Position numbers and translations under genes: made by a program. This document shows positions 38,033 through 48,334 of a stretch of DNA of 64,000 nucleotides, in pieces (positions within the stretch are counted from its first letter, which is position 1; each line of letters opens with the position of its first letter). The stretch spans positions 2,074,986 to 2,138,985 of the forward strand of contig CAVQXP010000004.1 in NCBI GenBank assembly GCA_963717935.1. The letters run 5' to 3'. The stretch is from Candidatus Eiseniibacteriota bacterium. Its GTDB lineage: Bacteria; Eisenbacteria; RBG-16-71-46. The notes beneath the pieces were generated by a model, which was not told where the DNA came from, ran no database searches, and saw nothing but the letters and a program-made list of their open reading frames with translations.

Positions 38033-38784
38033 TGCAGGTCGCCGCACTGGTCCCGGCCTACCAGGCAGCCGCGAGCCTCGGCGACGTGCTGCGGCGGCTC
38101 GCGGCGCTCGAGAACCCGCCCGTCGTGCTGGTGGTGGACGATGGCTCGCGCGACGCCACGGCGCTGGTCGCGCGCCAGCACGGGGCCCGCGTGCTCTCCT
38201 TCGCCGGGAATCGCGGAAAGGGGCACGCCCTGCTCGCGGGCTTCGCGGCGCTCCGCTCGGAGTTCGACGCAGTCGTGACGCTGGACGCCGACGGTCAGCA
38301 TCCGCCCGAGTGTCTGCCCGGGCTGGTCCGCGCGGCCGAAGCCGGGGCGGACCTGGTGCTGGGGGCCCGGGCGCGCACCCCCGACATGCCGTTCGCGCGA
38401 CGATTCGCCAATGGATTCGCCTCGGGCTGGGCGACGTGGCTCGCCGGGCAGCGCGTCTCGGACAGCCAGTGCGGCTATCGCCTGCACTCGCGCCGCCTGC
38501 TCGAGCGCACTCCGCTCACACCCGGCCGCTACGAGGTCGAGACCGAGCTGGTGGTGCGCGCCGCGCGCCTCGGGTTCCGCATCGCCGAGGTCGAGGTCCC
38601 CACCGTCTATGGCGAGCAGAGGAGCCAGATCCATGCGCTGCGCGACGTGCCCCGCATCGTCGGCACGCTGCTGCGCCTCACCGTCGAGGGCGTCGTGCCA
38701 CCCGCCGCCATGCGCGCGGCACGCCTGGCCGGGGCCGCGGACACCCGCGCTGCCTGCGCGACGGGGGCGGGGAGCGCCTCATGA
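38032..38784 (+). CDS. GT2 glycosyltransferase (polyprenol-phosphate sugar synthase-like)
   Basis: VPAY, VVDDGSRD, NRGKGHAL, LDADGQHPP, DSQCGYR, YEVETE. Confidence 0.88.
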   Translation: MQVAALVPAYQAAASLGDVLRRLAALENPPVVLVVDDGSRDATALVARQHGARVLSFAGNRGKGHALLAGFAALRSEFDAVVTLDADGQHPPECLPGLVRAAEAGADLVLGARARTPDMPFARRFANGFASGWATWLAGQRVSDSQCGYRLHSRRLLERTPLTPGRYEVETELVVRAARLGFRIAEVEVPTVYGEQRSQIHALRDVPRIVGTLLRLTVEGVVPPAAMRAARLAGAADTRAACATGAGSAS

Positions 38785-39527
38785 ACGTCCTGCTCACGAA
38801 CGACGACGGGATCCACGCGCCCGTGCTGCGTCACCTCAAGGAGGCTCTGGCCCCGTTGGGGCGCGTGACCATCGTCGCCCCGGACCGCGACCAGAGTGCC
38901 ACCTCGCACGCGCTCACGCTCCACCGGCCCTTCCGCATCCTGCAGCACGAGCCCGACGTCTACAGCGTCGACGGCACGCCGACCGACTGTGTCATCACCT
39001 CGTTCTACGGCTTGCTCGACCAGCGCCCCGACCTGGTCATCTCCGGCATCAACCTCGGTCCCAACATGGGGGAGGACGTGTTCTACTCGGGCACGGTGGC
39101 CGCCGCCATCGAAGGTTCCCTGCAGGGCACGCCGGCGATCGCCGCCTCCTTCGCCGCGAAAGCGGTGCCGGACTTCGCCGAGCCCGCGCGCTTCATCGCC
39201 CGGCTCGTCGGCCGCCTGCTCGCAAGGGGACTGCCGCGCCGTCACCTGCTGAACGTCAACTTCCCCGGCCGGCCGTGGCCCGAGATCCGCGGCGTGAAGG
39301 TCACCCGTCTCGGCAGCCGCGTCTACCACGACACGCTGGTGAAGAAGGTCGACCCGCGCGGCCGCGACTACTACTGGATCGGCGGGGAGGACCCCGAGTG
39401 GGAGTCCATCGAGGGCACGGACTTCCATGCCGTGCATGCGGGCTGGATCTCGGTCACGCCGCTGCGCCTTGACTTCACCGCCGACTCGGCTCTTGCGGAG
39501 CTGGAGGCATGGAGCCTGGAGAAGTGA
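38781..39527 (+). CDS. surE: 5'/3'-nucleotidase SurE
   Basis: LLTNDDG, DQSATSHALT, GTPTDCV, SGINLGPN, YSGTVAAA.EG. Confidence 0.96.
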   Translation: MNVLLTNDDGIHAPVLRHLKEALAPLGRVTIVAPDRDQSATSHALTLHRPFRILQHEPDVYSVDGTPTDCVITSFYGLLDQRPDLVISGINLGPNMGEDVFYSGTVAAAIEGSLQGTPAIAASFAAKAVPDFAEPARFIARLVGRLLARGLPRRHLLNVNFPGRPWPEIRGVKVTRLGSRVYHDTLVKKVDPRGRDYYWIGGEDPEWESIEGTDFHAVHAGWISVTPLRLDFTADSALAELEAWSLEK

Positions 39528-40219
39528 CGCCGGCGGCGGGGCGCGCGGAGCCCGACGCCTTCGAAGGCGAGCGCGCTCGCATGGTGGAGGAGCAGATCCG
39601 CGCGCGCGGGGTGCGCGACCCGCGCGTGCTCGCGGCCATGCGCGAGCTGCCGCGGCACTGGTTCGTGCCCCGCGCGCGGTGGAACGAGGCCTACGGCGAC
39701 TGGCCACTGCCGACCGCGTGGGGGCAGACCATCTCGCAGCCCTACATCGTGGCGCGCATGCTGGAGCTGGCCGAGCTCGAGCCCGACCATCGGGTGCTGG
39801 AGATCGGCACCGGGAGCGGCTACCAGACCGCGCTGCTGGCCCGGCTGGCCCGCGAGGTCTACAGCGTCGAGCGAATCCACGGGTTGCTGGAGGAGGCGCG
39901 CGAGCGCCTGGCGGTCCATGGCGCCACCGACGTCCGCCTGCTGGAGGGGGACGGCACGCTCGGCTGGCGGGAGTTCGCACCCTATGATAGGGTCGTCGTC
40001 GCTGCGGCGGCCCCTCGGGTCCCCGAGGCCCTCAGAGAACAGCTCGGAGAGCGAGGTGTTCTCGTGATTCCCGTGGGCGGGGCCGCGATCCAGCGCCTGG
40101 AGGTCTGGCGCCGGGCACCGACCGGGGGTTGGCAGTGCAGCCGACACGGAGAGTGCCGATTCGTCCCGCTGCTCGGACGCGATGCCTGGCGGGAGGGACC
40201 GGACCCATCTCAGAATTGA
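39524..40219 (+). CDS. pcm: Protein-L-isoaspartate O-methyltransferase
   Basis: GQTISQPYIVA, VLEIGTGSGYQTA, GDGTLGW..APYD, CRFVPLLG. Confidence 0.95.
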   Translation: MTPAAGRAEPDAFEGERARMVEEQIRARGVRDPRVLAAMRELPRHWFVPRARWNEAYGDWPLPTAWGQTISQPYIVARMLELAELEPDHRVLEIGTGSGYQTALLARLAREVYSVERIHGLLEEARERLAVHGATDVRLLEGDGTLGWREFAPYDRVVVAAAAPRVPEALREQLGERGVLVIPVGGAAIQRLEVWRRAPTGGWQCSRHGECRFVPLLGRDAWREGPDPSQN

Positions 40220-40227
40220 ACATCGGT

Positions 40228-40304
<77 letters not shown>

Positions 40305-40395
40305 CTTCATCCTTCCCGATCTCCCGACCTCCGCAGGGCCGCCGGTCCCCGCCGGCCCCGTGCCCACCGTCCCGCGCGATCGCCTGACCTGAGCC

Positions 40396-40674
40396 ATGGA
40401 CCGCGCCGTCTTCGTGATCACGGGATGCGTGCAGGGGGTGGGCTTCCGCTGGTACGTTCTGCAGGCAGCGACCGCCCTCGGCCTCACCGGCGAGGTCCGC
40501 AATCGGATCGACGGCGCGGTAGTGGTCGAGGCGGAAGGGACGCGCGAGGCGCTCGAGAGACTCCTGGAGACCGCGCGGGAGGGGCCCGTCATGGCGTTGG
40601 TCAGGCAGGTGGATGCAAGCTGGACCGAAGGTGACGCGCGGTTCCGCGATTTCCACATCGGCCGCACGAGCTGA
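40396..40674 (+). CDS. acyP: Acylphosphatase
   Basis: [20 protein letters not shown]...AEG, EGP..A.V. Confidence 0.92.
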   Translation: MDRAVFVITGCVQGVGFRWYVLQAATALGLTGEVRNRIDGAVVVEAEGTREALERLLETAREGPVMALVRQVDASWTEGDARFRDFHIGRTS

Positions 40675-40681
40675 AGGGCCC

Positions 40682-41757
40682 ATGGTCCCCGGCCTGGTTC
40701 GATTCCGCGACCGGCTGACCGCCGCCCTCGAAGCGGCGCGTCAGCGCGGGGCCATGCTCGAAGGCGAGTACGAGACCCTCCTCGTCGACCCCGACTTCGA
40801 CGATGCGGAGTTCGGGCGCTTCCGCGCCGATGCCCTACGGGCCGGGCTTGCGCTGCCGGAGACCGATGTCGAACACGCCGCGGGCGGGCGCGAGCGGCAC
40901 CCCCTGCCGGAAGGGGCCGAGCGCGATCTGCTGGACATCTATCTGGCCGAGATCGGGCGCGTGCCCCTGCTCACGCATCCCGAACTGCTGGAACTCGCCG
41001 GCCGCGCCCGCGCCGGGGATGCCGCCGCCCGCAAGCAGATCATCGTCGCCAATCTCCGGCTCGTGGTGCACCTGGCGCGCGGCTACCGCAATCGCGGCCT
41101 GCCGATGCTCGACCTCATCGAGGAGGGCAATCTCGGCCTCATCCGCGCCACGGACCGTTTCGAGCCCGAGCGCGGCCTGCGGTTCTCGACCTACGCCGCC
41201 ATCTGGATCCGGCAGGCCATCCTGCGGGGCATCGCCGAGCAGTCGCGCTCCGTCCGCATCCCCGTGCAGATGTTCCAGCAGGTCAACCGCTTCGTCCGGG
41301 TGGAGCGCGCGCTGCGTGCGCGCCTCGGGCGCGAACCACAGGCCGAGGAGATCGCGCAGGCGATGGAGATCTCGATCGCCCGCGCCGAACGGCTGGGGAG
41401 TCTGCTCTCGAGCCTGCGGTCGCTCGACGAGGGCACCAGCGTGCAGGCCTACGAGCAGCTCTCGACCGAGGACCTGCCCGAGTCGCCGCCCTCGCGTCGA
41501 GCGCCTCATCGAGTTGCAGCTCGAACACGAGCAGGTGGACCGCCTGCTGCGCTCCCTGAGCCAGCGCGAGGAGCAGATCGTGCGCATCCGCTACGGCTTC
41601 TACGACGACAGTCGCCCGCACGCTGGCGCAGACCGGGGGCCTGTTCGGCATCTCGCGCGAGCGGGTGCGGCAGATCGAGGCCCGCGCCCTGCAGAAGCTG
41701 CGCAGCGCGATCGAGTTGCAGGACGCAGCACGCACCGACGGGAGTAACCTTCCCTGA
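40682..41757 (+). CDS. Sigma-70 family factor (RpoS/RpoD-like); two +1 frameshifts near 41495 and 41612
   Basis: [41 protein letters not shown]; region 4 [14 protein letters not shown] and [16 protein letters not shown] in successive frames. Confidence 0.9.
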
Positions 41758-41806
41758 GACCCGGGTGGCGCTCGGCGCGCCGCCCGCCGGAACCGGAGAA
41801 CCGCGC

Positions 41807-42329
41807 ATGAACGACCTGAGGCGCTACATCCGCGATGTCCCCGACTTCCCCCGCAAGGGGATCGTCTTCAAGGACATCACGCCGCTCCTGAACGACGCAC
41901 AGGCCTTTGCCAGCGCCGTGGAGTTGATGAGCCAGCGCGCTGCCGCGCCCGGGGGCCGTCGTGGCCATCGAATCGCGCGGTTTCGTCTTCGGCACCGCGC
42001 TCGCGCTGCACTGGCGGGTACCGCTGGTGCTGGCGCGCAAGTTCGGCAAGCTCCCCGGCAAGACCGTGCGCCAGGTCTATTCGCTCGAGTACGGCGAGGA
42101 CACGCTCGAGATCCACGCCGACGCGCTCGAGCCCGACCAGCAGATCGTGGTCGTGGACGACCTGCTCGCCACGGGCGGCACCATGCTCGCGACCGTGCGG
42201 CTCGTCGAGCAGCTCAAGGCGAAGGTCCTGGCGGCGATATTCCTCGTCGAGCTGACCGGCCTGGGCGGCCGCGAACGCCTCGAGGGGTACCGCGTCGAGT
42301 CGCTGCTTCGCTACCAGGTGGACGAGTAG
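41807..42329 (+). CDS. apt: Adenine phosphoribosyltransferase; +1 frameshift near 41945
   Basis: [44 protein letters not shown]. Confidence 0.95.
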
Positions 42330-42434
42330 GGGACCGACGCTCGACGCCCCCCTGAAGAGAGGGGCGCCGCTCGGATCCGCTTCGCGGATACCGCACGGCG
42401 CCCCTTCTGCGTGAAGTGGTGACTCCGGGGTGGA

Positions 42435-42635
42435 CTAGGCCTTGCGGACGTTCGCCGCCTGCAGTCCCTTCGGACCCTGATTCACGTCGAACTCCACGGC
42501 ATCGCCTTCGGCCAGCGTCTTGAATCCATCGCCAGAGATCGCCGAGAAGTGGACGAACACGTCCTCGCCACCCTCCTGCGAGATGAAACCGAAACCCTTC
42601 GCTTCGTTGAACCACTTCACGGTGCCACGAGCCAC
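42435..42635 (-). CDS. Cold-shock protein (CspA family)
   Basis: [34 protein letters not shown]. Confidence 0.97.
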   Translation of the reverse strand: MARGTVKWFNEAKGFGFISQEGGEDVFVHFSAISGDGFKTLAEGDAVEFDVNQGPKGLQAANVRKA

Positions 42636-42817
42636 TGGGAACTCCTTGATGCCGGGTCCGAAGACCCTCTCATGCCGCCTGGACGCGGCGGCTGCGCCCG
42701 GCCACTATGACCGGCCCCGGTTTCCCCACGATGCCAGAACACACAAGTGCCGCCGGAGCGGACCCTGGCGGCACAAAATGGAAGTTCGCGCATCCACGGG
42801 TGACCAAGGCAGGAGAA

Positions 42818-42846
42818 AGTATCGGCAGGACGGGTGGGGGTGTCAA
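42818..42846 (-). promoter_or_regulatory. Putative sigma-70 promoter of csp giving a ~175-nt 5' UTR
   Basis: Minus strand TTGACA-17 nt-GATACT. Confidence 0.55.
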
Positions 42847-43016
42847 GCTCGTCAGCGCCCTCCTCCGGACCGTGCTCTGGCCCATCCGCCACGTCCCGGT
42901 GGGCGCGGGTGGTGGACGAATGGGATTCCGCGCGATCGGTGCTAGGATGCGGCCCGATTCGAACGGCCGCGCGGTGCTCACTCCCGTCCGGTCAGGAACC
43001 TGCAGGAGGGTGCGAA

Positions 43017-43622
43017 ATGAGCGTTCTGGTCGGCCGCAAGGCCCCCGACTTCACCGCGGCTGCCGTCCTCGGCGACGGCACCATCCTGGATGACTATCGC
43101 TTCTCCGAGGCCACCGGCGGCAAGTACGCCGTGGTCTTCTTCTGGCCCCTCGACTTCACCTTCGTCTGCCCCTCCGAGCTCATCGCCTTCGACCACCGCC
43201 TCGAGGAGTTCCGGTCGCGCAAGGTCGAAGTGGTCGGCGTATCCGTGGACTCGCAATTCACGCACAACGCCTGGCGCAACACGCCCGTGAAGCAGGGGGG
43301 CATCGGTCCGGTCGGATACACCATGGTCGCGGACCTGTCCCACGCCATCTGCAAGGCCTACGACGTCGAGACCCCGGACGGCACCGTGGCCTTCCGCGGC
43401 TCCTTCCTCATCGACCGCAGCGGCGTGGTGCAGCACCAGGTCGTCAACAACCTGCCCCTGGGCCGCAACGTGGACGAGATGCTGCGCATGGTGGACGCGC
43501 TGCAGTTCTCCGAGGAACACGGCGAGGTGTGCCCGGCGGGCTGGCAGAAGGGCGCGAAGGGCATGAAGGCCACCCCGGTCGGCGTGGCCGAGTACCTGGC
43601 GGAGAACGCCGCCAGGCTCTGA
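43017..43622 (+). CDS. 2-Cys peroxiredoxin (AhpC/TsaA)
   Basis: PLDFTFVCPSE, GRNVDEMLRMVDALQF, GEVCPAGW; AGGAGG RBS. Confidence 0.95.
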   Translation: MSVLVGRKAPDFTAAAVLGDGTILDDYRFSEATGGKYAVVFFWPLDFTFVCPSELIAFDHRLEEFRSRKVEVVGVSVDSQFTHNAWRNTPVKQGGIGPVGYTMVADLSHAICKAYDVETPDGTVAFRGSFLIDRSGVVQHQVVNNLPLGRNVDEMLRMVDALQFSEEHGEVCPAGWQKGAKGMKATPVGVAEYLAENAARL

Positions 43623-43701
43623 GTTCGCGCGCCCGCCGGCTCGCGGACCGCCGCCGGCCTGCCGCCCGCAGGAAGAGCCTCGTCCCCGAAGGAGCCGTCC
43701 C

Positions 43702-45330
43702 ATGAACCGTCTGCGTCTCGGTGTCGCCAGCCTCGTCCTCGTCCTCGCCTCCGCGTGGGCGGGCGCGGCCTCTGCCCGCCCGCCCGCGCGGGCCCTGCCG
43801 GTCTTCGAGCCGGCCACCTTCGAGGCGCACGTGCGGTTCCTCGCCGACGACCTGCTCGAAGGCCGCGGGATCGGCACGCGCGGCGGTCTCCTGGCCGCTG
43901 CGTACGTCGAGGCGGTCTTCCGCGCCGCCGGCCTGAAGCCCGGGGCTCCCGACGGGTTCCTGCAGAAGGTACCGATGGAGGCCTTCGCGCCGGATCCGGA
44001 GGCGACGATCACGCTCGAGCGCGGGGAATCACGGGCCCGGCTGGTCGCGGGCGAGGACTTCGCGGTGGTCAACTGCGGGCAGGAGAGCGGCGTGCTGAGC
44101 GCAGAGCCGCTCTTCGTCGGCTACGCCATCACCGCACCCGAGGAGGACTGGGACGACTTCAAGGACGCGGACGTGCGCGGCCGGTTGCTGATCGCGTTCG
44201 TCAACGAGCCGGGACGCGACGACTCCGCGCGATTCCGCGGACGCGAGCTCACCCTCCACGGCCGCTGGCGCACGAAGCTCGAGGACGCGGCGCGGCGCGG
44301 GGCCGCCGGCATGCTCCTGATCCACACCGACGCCGACGCCGGCTACTCCTGGGACGTGGCCCGGACCACGGCGACGAAGCCCACCCTCGGTCTGGCGGAC
44401 GACCCCGCCCGGTTGCCGATGGCCGGCTGGATCCGCGAGGCCCCCGCGCGCCAGCTCCTGCGCATGGCAGGCCGTGATCTCGACGAGCTGCGCAGGCAGG
44501 CCGAGCAGCGCTCGTTCCGGTCCGTCCCCCTGCCGGTCCGTGTCGACATCGCATCCCGCCTGTCCCGGAGCCCCCTGGCCGGGAACAACGTCGTCGGCGT
44601 GCTGCCCGGAGCCGGCCCCTCGGCCATCGTGCTGACCGCCCACATCGACCACCTCGGGATCGGCCGCGCCGAGGACGCCGACTCCATCTACAACGGCGCC
44701 GTGGACAACGGCACGGCCGTGGCGATGCTCCTCGGGCTCGCCCAGGGCTTCGCCCGCACGAGCGCCGCCTCCCATCCCACGCTGGTCTTCGTCGCATCGG
44801 ACGCCGAGGAGGAGGGCCTGCTCGGGTCCATCTACCAGACCCGCCATCCGGCCGTGCCCCTCGAACGCACGCTGGCCGCCGTCAATTTCGAGATCTCCAA
44901 CCCCTGGGGCCTCACGCGCGACGTGCTGGTCATCGGCTCGCCGTACGCGGCCTTCGCCCGGGCGTTCGCCCCGGTGCTCGAACCACGCCACCTGCGCCTG
45001 ACCCGCGACCAGACCCCCGAGCAGGGTTTCATGTTCCGCTCCGACCAGCTCGCCTGGGCTCAGGCCGGCGTCCCCGCGGCCTGGATCGATGGCGGGACCG
45101 ACTACGTCGGCCGCCCGGCCGGGTGGGGCGAGGCCAAGCGCGCCGAGTATCGCGCGAGGACCTACCATCACCCGGACGACGAGGTGCGGGCGGACTTCGA
45201 CTACGCCGGGCTTGTCCAGCTCGCGCAGATCACGGCGGATCTCGTCCACGTGCTCGGCACGCGGGACGTGAGCGCGTGGCGAAGCGACCCCGAGCTGACC
45301 GCGATGCGGCGCGTGGCGACGCCGCGCTGA
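43702..45330 (+). CDS. Secreted M28 family metallopeptidase with PA domain
   Basis: Signal peptide; FLADDLLEGRG, AHIDHLG, IYNGAVDN, AEEEGLLGS, FRSD, YHHPDD. Confidence 0.9.
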   Translation: MNRLRLGVASLVLVLASAWAGAASARPPARALPVFEPATFEAHVRFLADDLLEGRGIGTRGGLLAAAYVEAVFRAAGLKPGAPDGFLQKVPMEAFAPDPEATITLERGESRARLVAGEDFAVVNCGQESGVLSAEPLFVGYAITAPEEDWDDFKDADVRGRLLIAFVNEPGRDDSARFRGRELTLHGRWRTKLEDAARRGAAGMLLIHTDADAGYSWDVARTTATKPTLGLADDPARLPMAGWIREAPARQLLRMAGRDLDELRRQAEQRSFRSVPLPVRVDIASRLSRSPLAGNNVVGVLPGAGPSAIVLTAHIDHLGIGRAEDADSIYNGAVDNGTAVAMLLGLAQGFARTSAASHPTLVFVASDAEEEGLLGSIYQTRHPAVPLERTLAAVNFEISNPWGLTRDVLVIGSPYAAFARAFAPVLEPRHLRLTRDQTPEQGFMFRSDQLAWAQAGVPAAWIDGGTDYVGRPAGWGEAKRAEYRARTYHHPDDEVRADFDYAGLVQLAQITADLVHVLGTRDVSAWRSDPELTAMRRVATPR

Positions 45331-45395
45331 CCCGCTGGGACCCTTGAGGGCGGTGGAGGTCGCCGCCTGGAACCGGAGATTGGAGGAGCAGGGCC

Positions 45396-46955
45396 GTGGG
45401 GAAACCGGAGACACGACACGCCCCGTACCGCGGAGCGATCGGAGCCGTCCTGCTGGTGGCCCTGGCCTACCGGCTCTTCGGTCTGACCGGGGACATGTAC
45501 TTCGACCCGGCCATCTACGCCCAGAACGCCTATAACCTGCTTCAGGGCAGCTTCACGCTGAACACCGACTCCTGGTACGCCCATCGCCTCCCGGTGTTCG
45601 TCCCGCTCGCGCCGCTCTACGCCCTCTTCGGCGTGGGGACCCTGACCAGCCGCCTGTGGCCGCTCTTGCTCTCTCTCGTCCAGGTGGCGCTGGTCATCTG
45701 GCTCGGGCGCAGGCTGTTCGATCGCACCACCGCCATCTTCGCAGGACTCCTGGTCGCCCTCACCCCGCTGGATGCCGTGTCCGGCAGCGTGCTCCAGCCG
45801 GACACCGTCATGGCCACCTTCCTCACCGCGGCCGCCGCCTTCTGGATTGCGGGCCTGGACGCAGATGCCCGGCATCCGCGCGCCTTTCCCTTCCTGTCCG
45901 GGCTCTGCTTCGCCCTGGCCGTGGTGGCGCGGGAGAACGCCGCCGTGCTTCTGGTCTTCTACCTCGCGACCCTGCTCTGGCAGCGGCCGCGTGCACGCAC
46001 CGTTCTGGATGCCGCACTCGGGGGAGCCCTGGTGATCGCTCCCTTGCTCGCGGTCTATGCGATCACGACCGGCGACCCCTTCTTCCGGGTACGCGCCGTC
46101 GCGGAAGCCTTCAGCGCACCCGTCATGGACCGGGGCAACCAGTTCGGCTTCTACCCCTCGCTCCTGCGCCACGTGCGCCACACCGTGAACGGTCTCGGCC
46201 CCGCCCTCTTCGCCCTCGGGATCCTCGGGGGCCTGCTGCGGCCGAATCGAGCGCGGATCTGGCTGCTCCTCTGGGCGCTCCCCATCCTGCTCTACCTCCA
46301 GTTCGGGAGCATGAGCCTCACCCGGTACATCCCGGTCCTGAAGCTCGAGCGTTACCTCACCCCCCTGACCGCGCCGCTGGCCCTGCTGACCGCCTCAGTG
46401 CTCCTCGGGTGGACCTCGGGAATCATCCGCCGGCTGCTTCCCGACGCTCGCGCCGGACGGCAGCGCGCCCTCCACGCCGCCGCGATCTCGCTGGTCGCGG
46501 CCGTCCTCGCCTGGAACTCGTTCGTCATCGTGGGGGCTCACCGGCGGCGGGGCACGGAGACCTTCCGGGCGTTCCAGTCGGTCGTCCGCGTCCTGGACCG
46601 GGAACCGGCTCTGCCCGTCCTCTTCGACCACTGGCGCACCGGCCACCGGTTCTCCTACTACCTCGGCTTCCGCGACGGCGCCGATTTCTACCGCGGGGGC
46701 GATGACCGCCTGCGCATGGGGCAGATCGGAGCCTTCGGCGGCTCCCGCCTCGGGTACCTCAGCTGGTATCCCGATTCCGCGCAGGTCCCGCATGCGCTGA
46801 TCGTCCTCGACGACGACGCTCTGGAGCGGGTGCGCACCGCCGACCCGTTTGTCGGGACCTACGTGCGGGGAGAGATCCCGGCCTATGCCTATGCTCCCCC
46901 TGCCACGTGGAAGCCCCTGGGGACGTTCGGCACCTTCCGGGTATTCCAGAGGTAG
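45396..46955 (+). CDS. GT-C fold (PMT/ArnT-like) membrane glycosyltransferase
   Basis: Multi-TM; D after TM1 (YFDPAIY), LGRRLFD..A..AGLL, QPD, AREN, ERYL.PL. Confidence 0.72.
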   Translation: MGKPETRHAPYRGAIGAVLLVALAYRLFGLTGDMYFDPAIYAQNAYNLLQGSFTLNTDSWYAHRLPVFVPLAPLYALFGVGTLTSRLWPLLLSLVQVALVIWLGRRLFDRTTAIFAGLLVALTPLDAVSGSVLQPDTVMATFLTAAAAFWIAGLDADARHPRAFPFLSGLCFALAVVARENAAVLLVFYLATLLWQRPRARTVLDAALGGALVIAPLLAVYAITTGDPFFRVRAVAEAFSAPVMDRGNQFGFYPSLLRHVRHTVNGLGPALFALGILGGLLRPNRARIWLLLWALPILLYLQFGSMSLTRYIPVLKLERYLTPLTAPLALLTASVLLGWTSGIIRRLLPDARAGRQRALHAAAISLVAAVLAWNSFVIVGAHRRRGTETFRAFQSVVRVLDREPALPVLFDHWRTGHRFSYYLGFRDGADFYRGGDDRLRMGQIGAFGGSRLGYLSWYPDSAQVPHALIVLDDDALERVRTADPFVGTYVRGEIPAYAYAPPATWKPLGTFGTFRVFQR

Positions 46956-47093
46956 CCCCTGCCGGACGGAAGAGGCCGTTCATCGCACCGGCCGTCCGAC
47001 CGCCCGGCGCACGCGGAACGCCTCGAGCAGGACCCCGGCGCCGGCGACCGGGAGGACGGCAGGAACCTGGAGGCCGCGGCCGCAGGTCCTACG

Positions 47094-48080
47094 TCACTTG
47101 CCGTGGCCCGCCGGACGCGGCCCACCCCGTGACGACGTGCCGGGAGGGCCCCCGCCGAAGTCCACGCGGTGGAGGATCCTCGCGGTGAGCAGGCCGATGA
47201 CGATCATGGCGACGAAGAACAGCAGGTACGCGACCCGCCAGTCGATGCCGTGCGTCATCATGCTGAATTCGGACATCCCCCCGATCCCCGCGATCAGATT
47301 GAGCGGAAGGAACACCACGTTGATCAGCGTGAGGTTCTTCAGCAGCTGGTTCATGTTGTTGTTGACGAGGCTGCCGCGGGCGTCCATCAGACCCGAGAGC
47401 ACCGTGGAGTAGATCTCGGCCTGCTTGAAGCACTGGTTGTTCTCGATGACGAGATCGTCGATGAACGCGAGATCCGCGGCCGAGAACCCGGTCTTCTCCG
47501 CATGGGTGCGCAGGCGCGTCAACACCACGCCGTTGGAGTTGATGGCGTTGAGGTAGTAGATCAGGCTCTCGCTGAGGTTGAACATCTGGATGAGGTGCTT
47601 GTTCTCCATCGAGGTGTTGATCTTCTGCTGGAGGTCCCGCGCGATCATCTTGATGACCTTGAGGTGCTCCAGGTAGTGCTGGATGGTGTTCAACAGCAGT
47701 CCCAGCATGACGTCGACCGGGCGGTGGAGCGTGGGCGACTGCCGGGCCCCGCTGGTCAGGGGCAGGTTGTCGGTCACGATGACGACCAGGCGCTGCTCGA
47801 GCAGGAGCATGCCGACCGACGCCACGTCGAAGTAGAACGTGTCCTTGCCCGAGTAGCTGGTCGGCCGCTTCCAGATGAGCAGCACGTGGCCAGGGGTCAT
47901 CTCGATGCGGGGGACCTCGTCCGGATCCAGGGCGGAGGACAGCGTGTGCTCATCCAACCCGAAACTCGTGCGCAACAGGTCCCGCTCGGCGGCGTCCGGG
48001 TTCACGAAGAGGTGAACGGGAGCGTCCTCCGACGCGGCAGGGACCATGGCGCCGTCCGTCAAGTCGAAGAGTCTGATCAT
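47094..48080 (-). CDS. CorA-family divalent cation transporter (GMS variant)
   Basis: SALDPDEVPRIE, SLVNNNMNQLLKNLT..FLPLNLIAGIGGMSE, two C-terminal TMs. Confidence 0.88.
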   Translation of the reverse strand: MIRLFDLTDGAMVPAASEDAPVHLFVNPDAAERDLLRTSFGLDEHTLSSALDPDEVPRIEMTPGHVLLIWKRPTSYSGKDTFYFDVASVGMLLLEQRLVVIVTDNLPLTSGARQSPTLHRPVDVMLGLLLNTIQHYLEHLKVIKMIARDLQQKINTSMENKHLIQMFNLSESLIYYLNAINSNGVVLTRLRTHAEKTGFSAADLAFIDDLVIENNQCFKQAEIYSTVLSGLMDARGSLVNNNMNQLLKNLTLINVVFLPLNLIAGIGGMSEFSMMTHGIDWRVAYLLFFVAMIVIGLLTARILHRVDFGGGPPGTSSRGGPRPAGHGK

Positions 48081-48334
48081 CTGCGCCTCCCGCTCGGGGT
48101 GCCCGTGGACTTGCCGGACATCGTGCGACGCCTGGCGTGGCGAGCGTTCGATCCCCTCAAGCCAATTCGCTCCAGTCTGTGCGACCCGCCGTTGCAGACC
48201 GACAATATGGCGCGAGACCGCACGACGGGCAAGCCACTTCCGCGGCCGACGCGCCCGGCGCCCGAGAGGCGGCCCCCACGCGTCCGGACCGGCGGCTGCT
48301 TGACGCGGGAGGTGCGGCTCCCGAACATGCCGCC

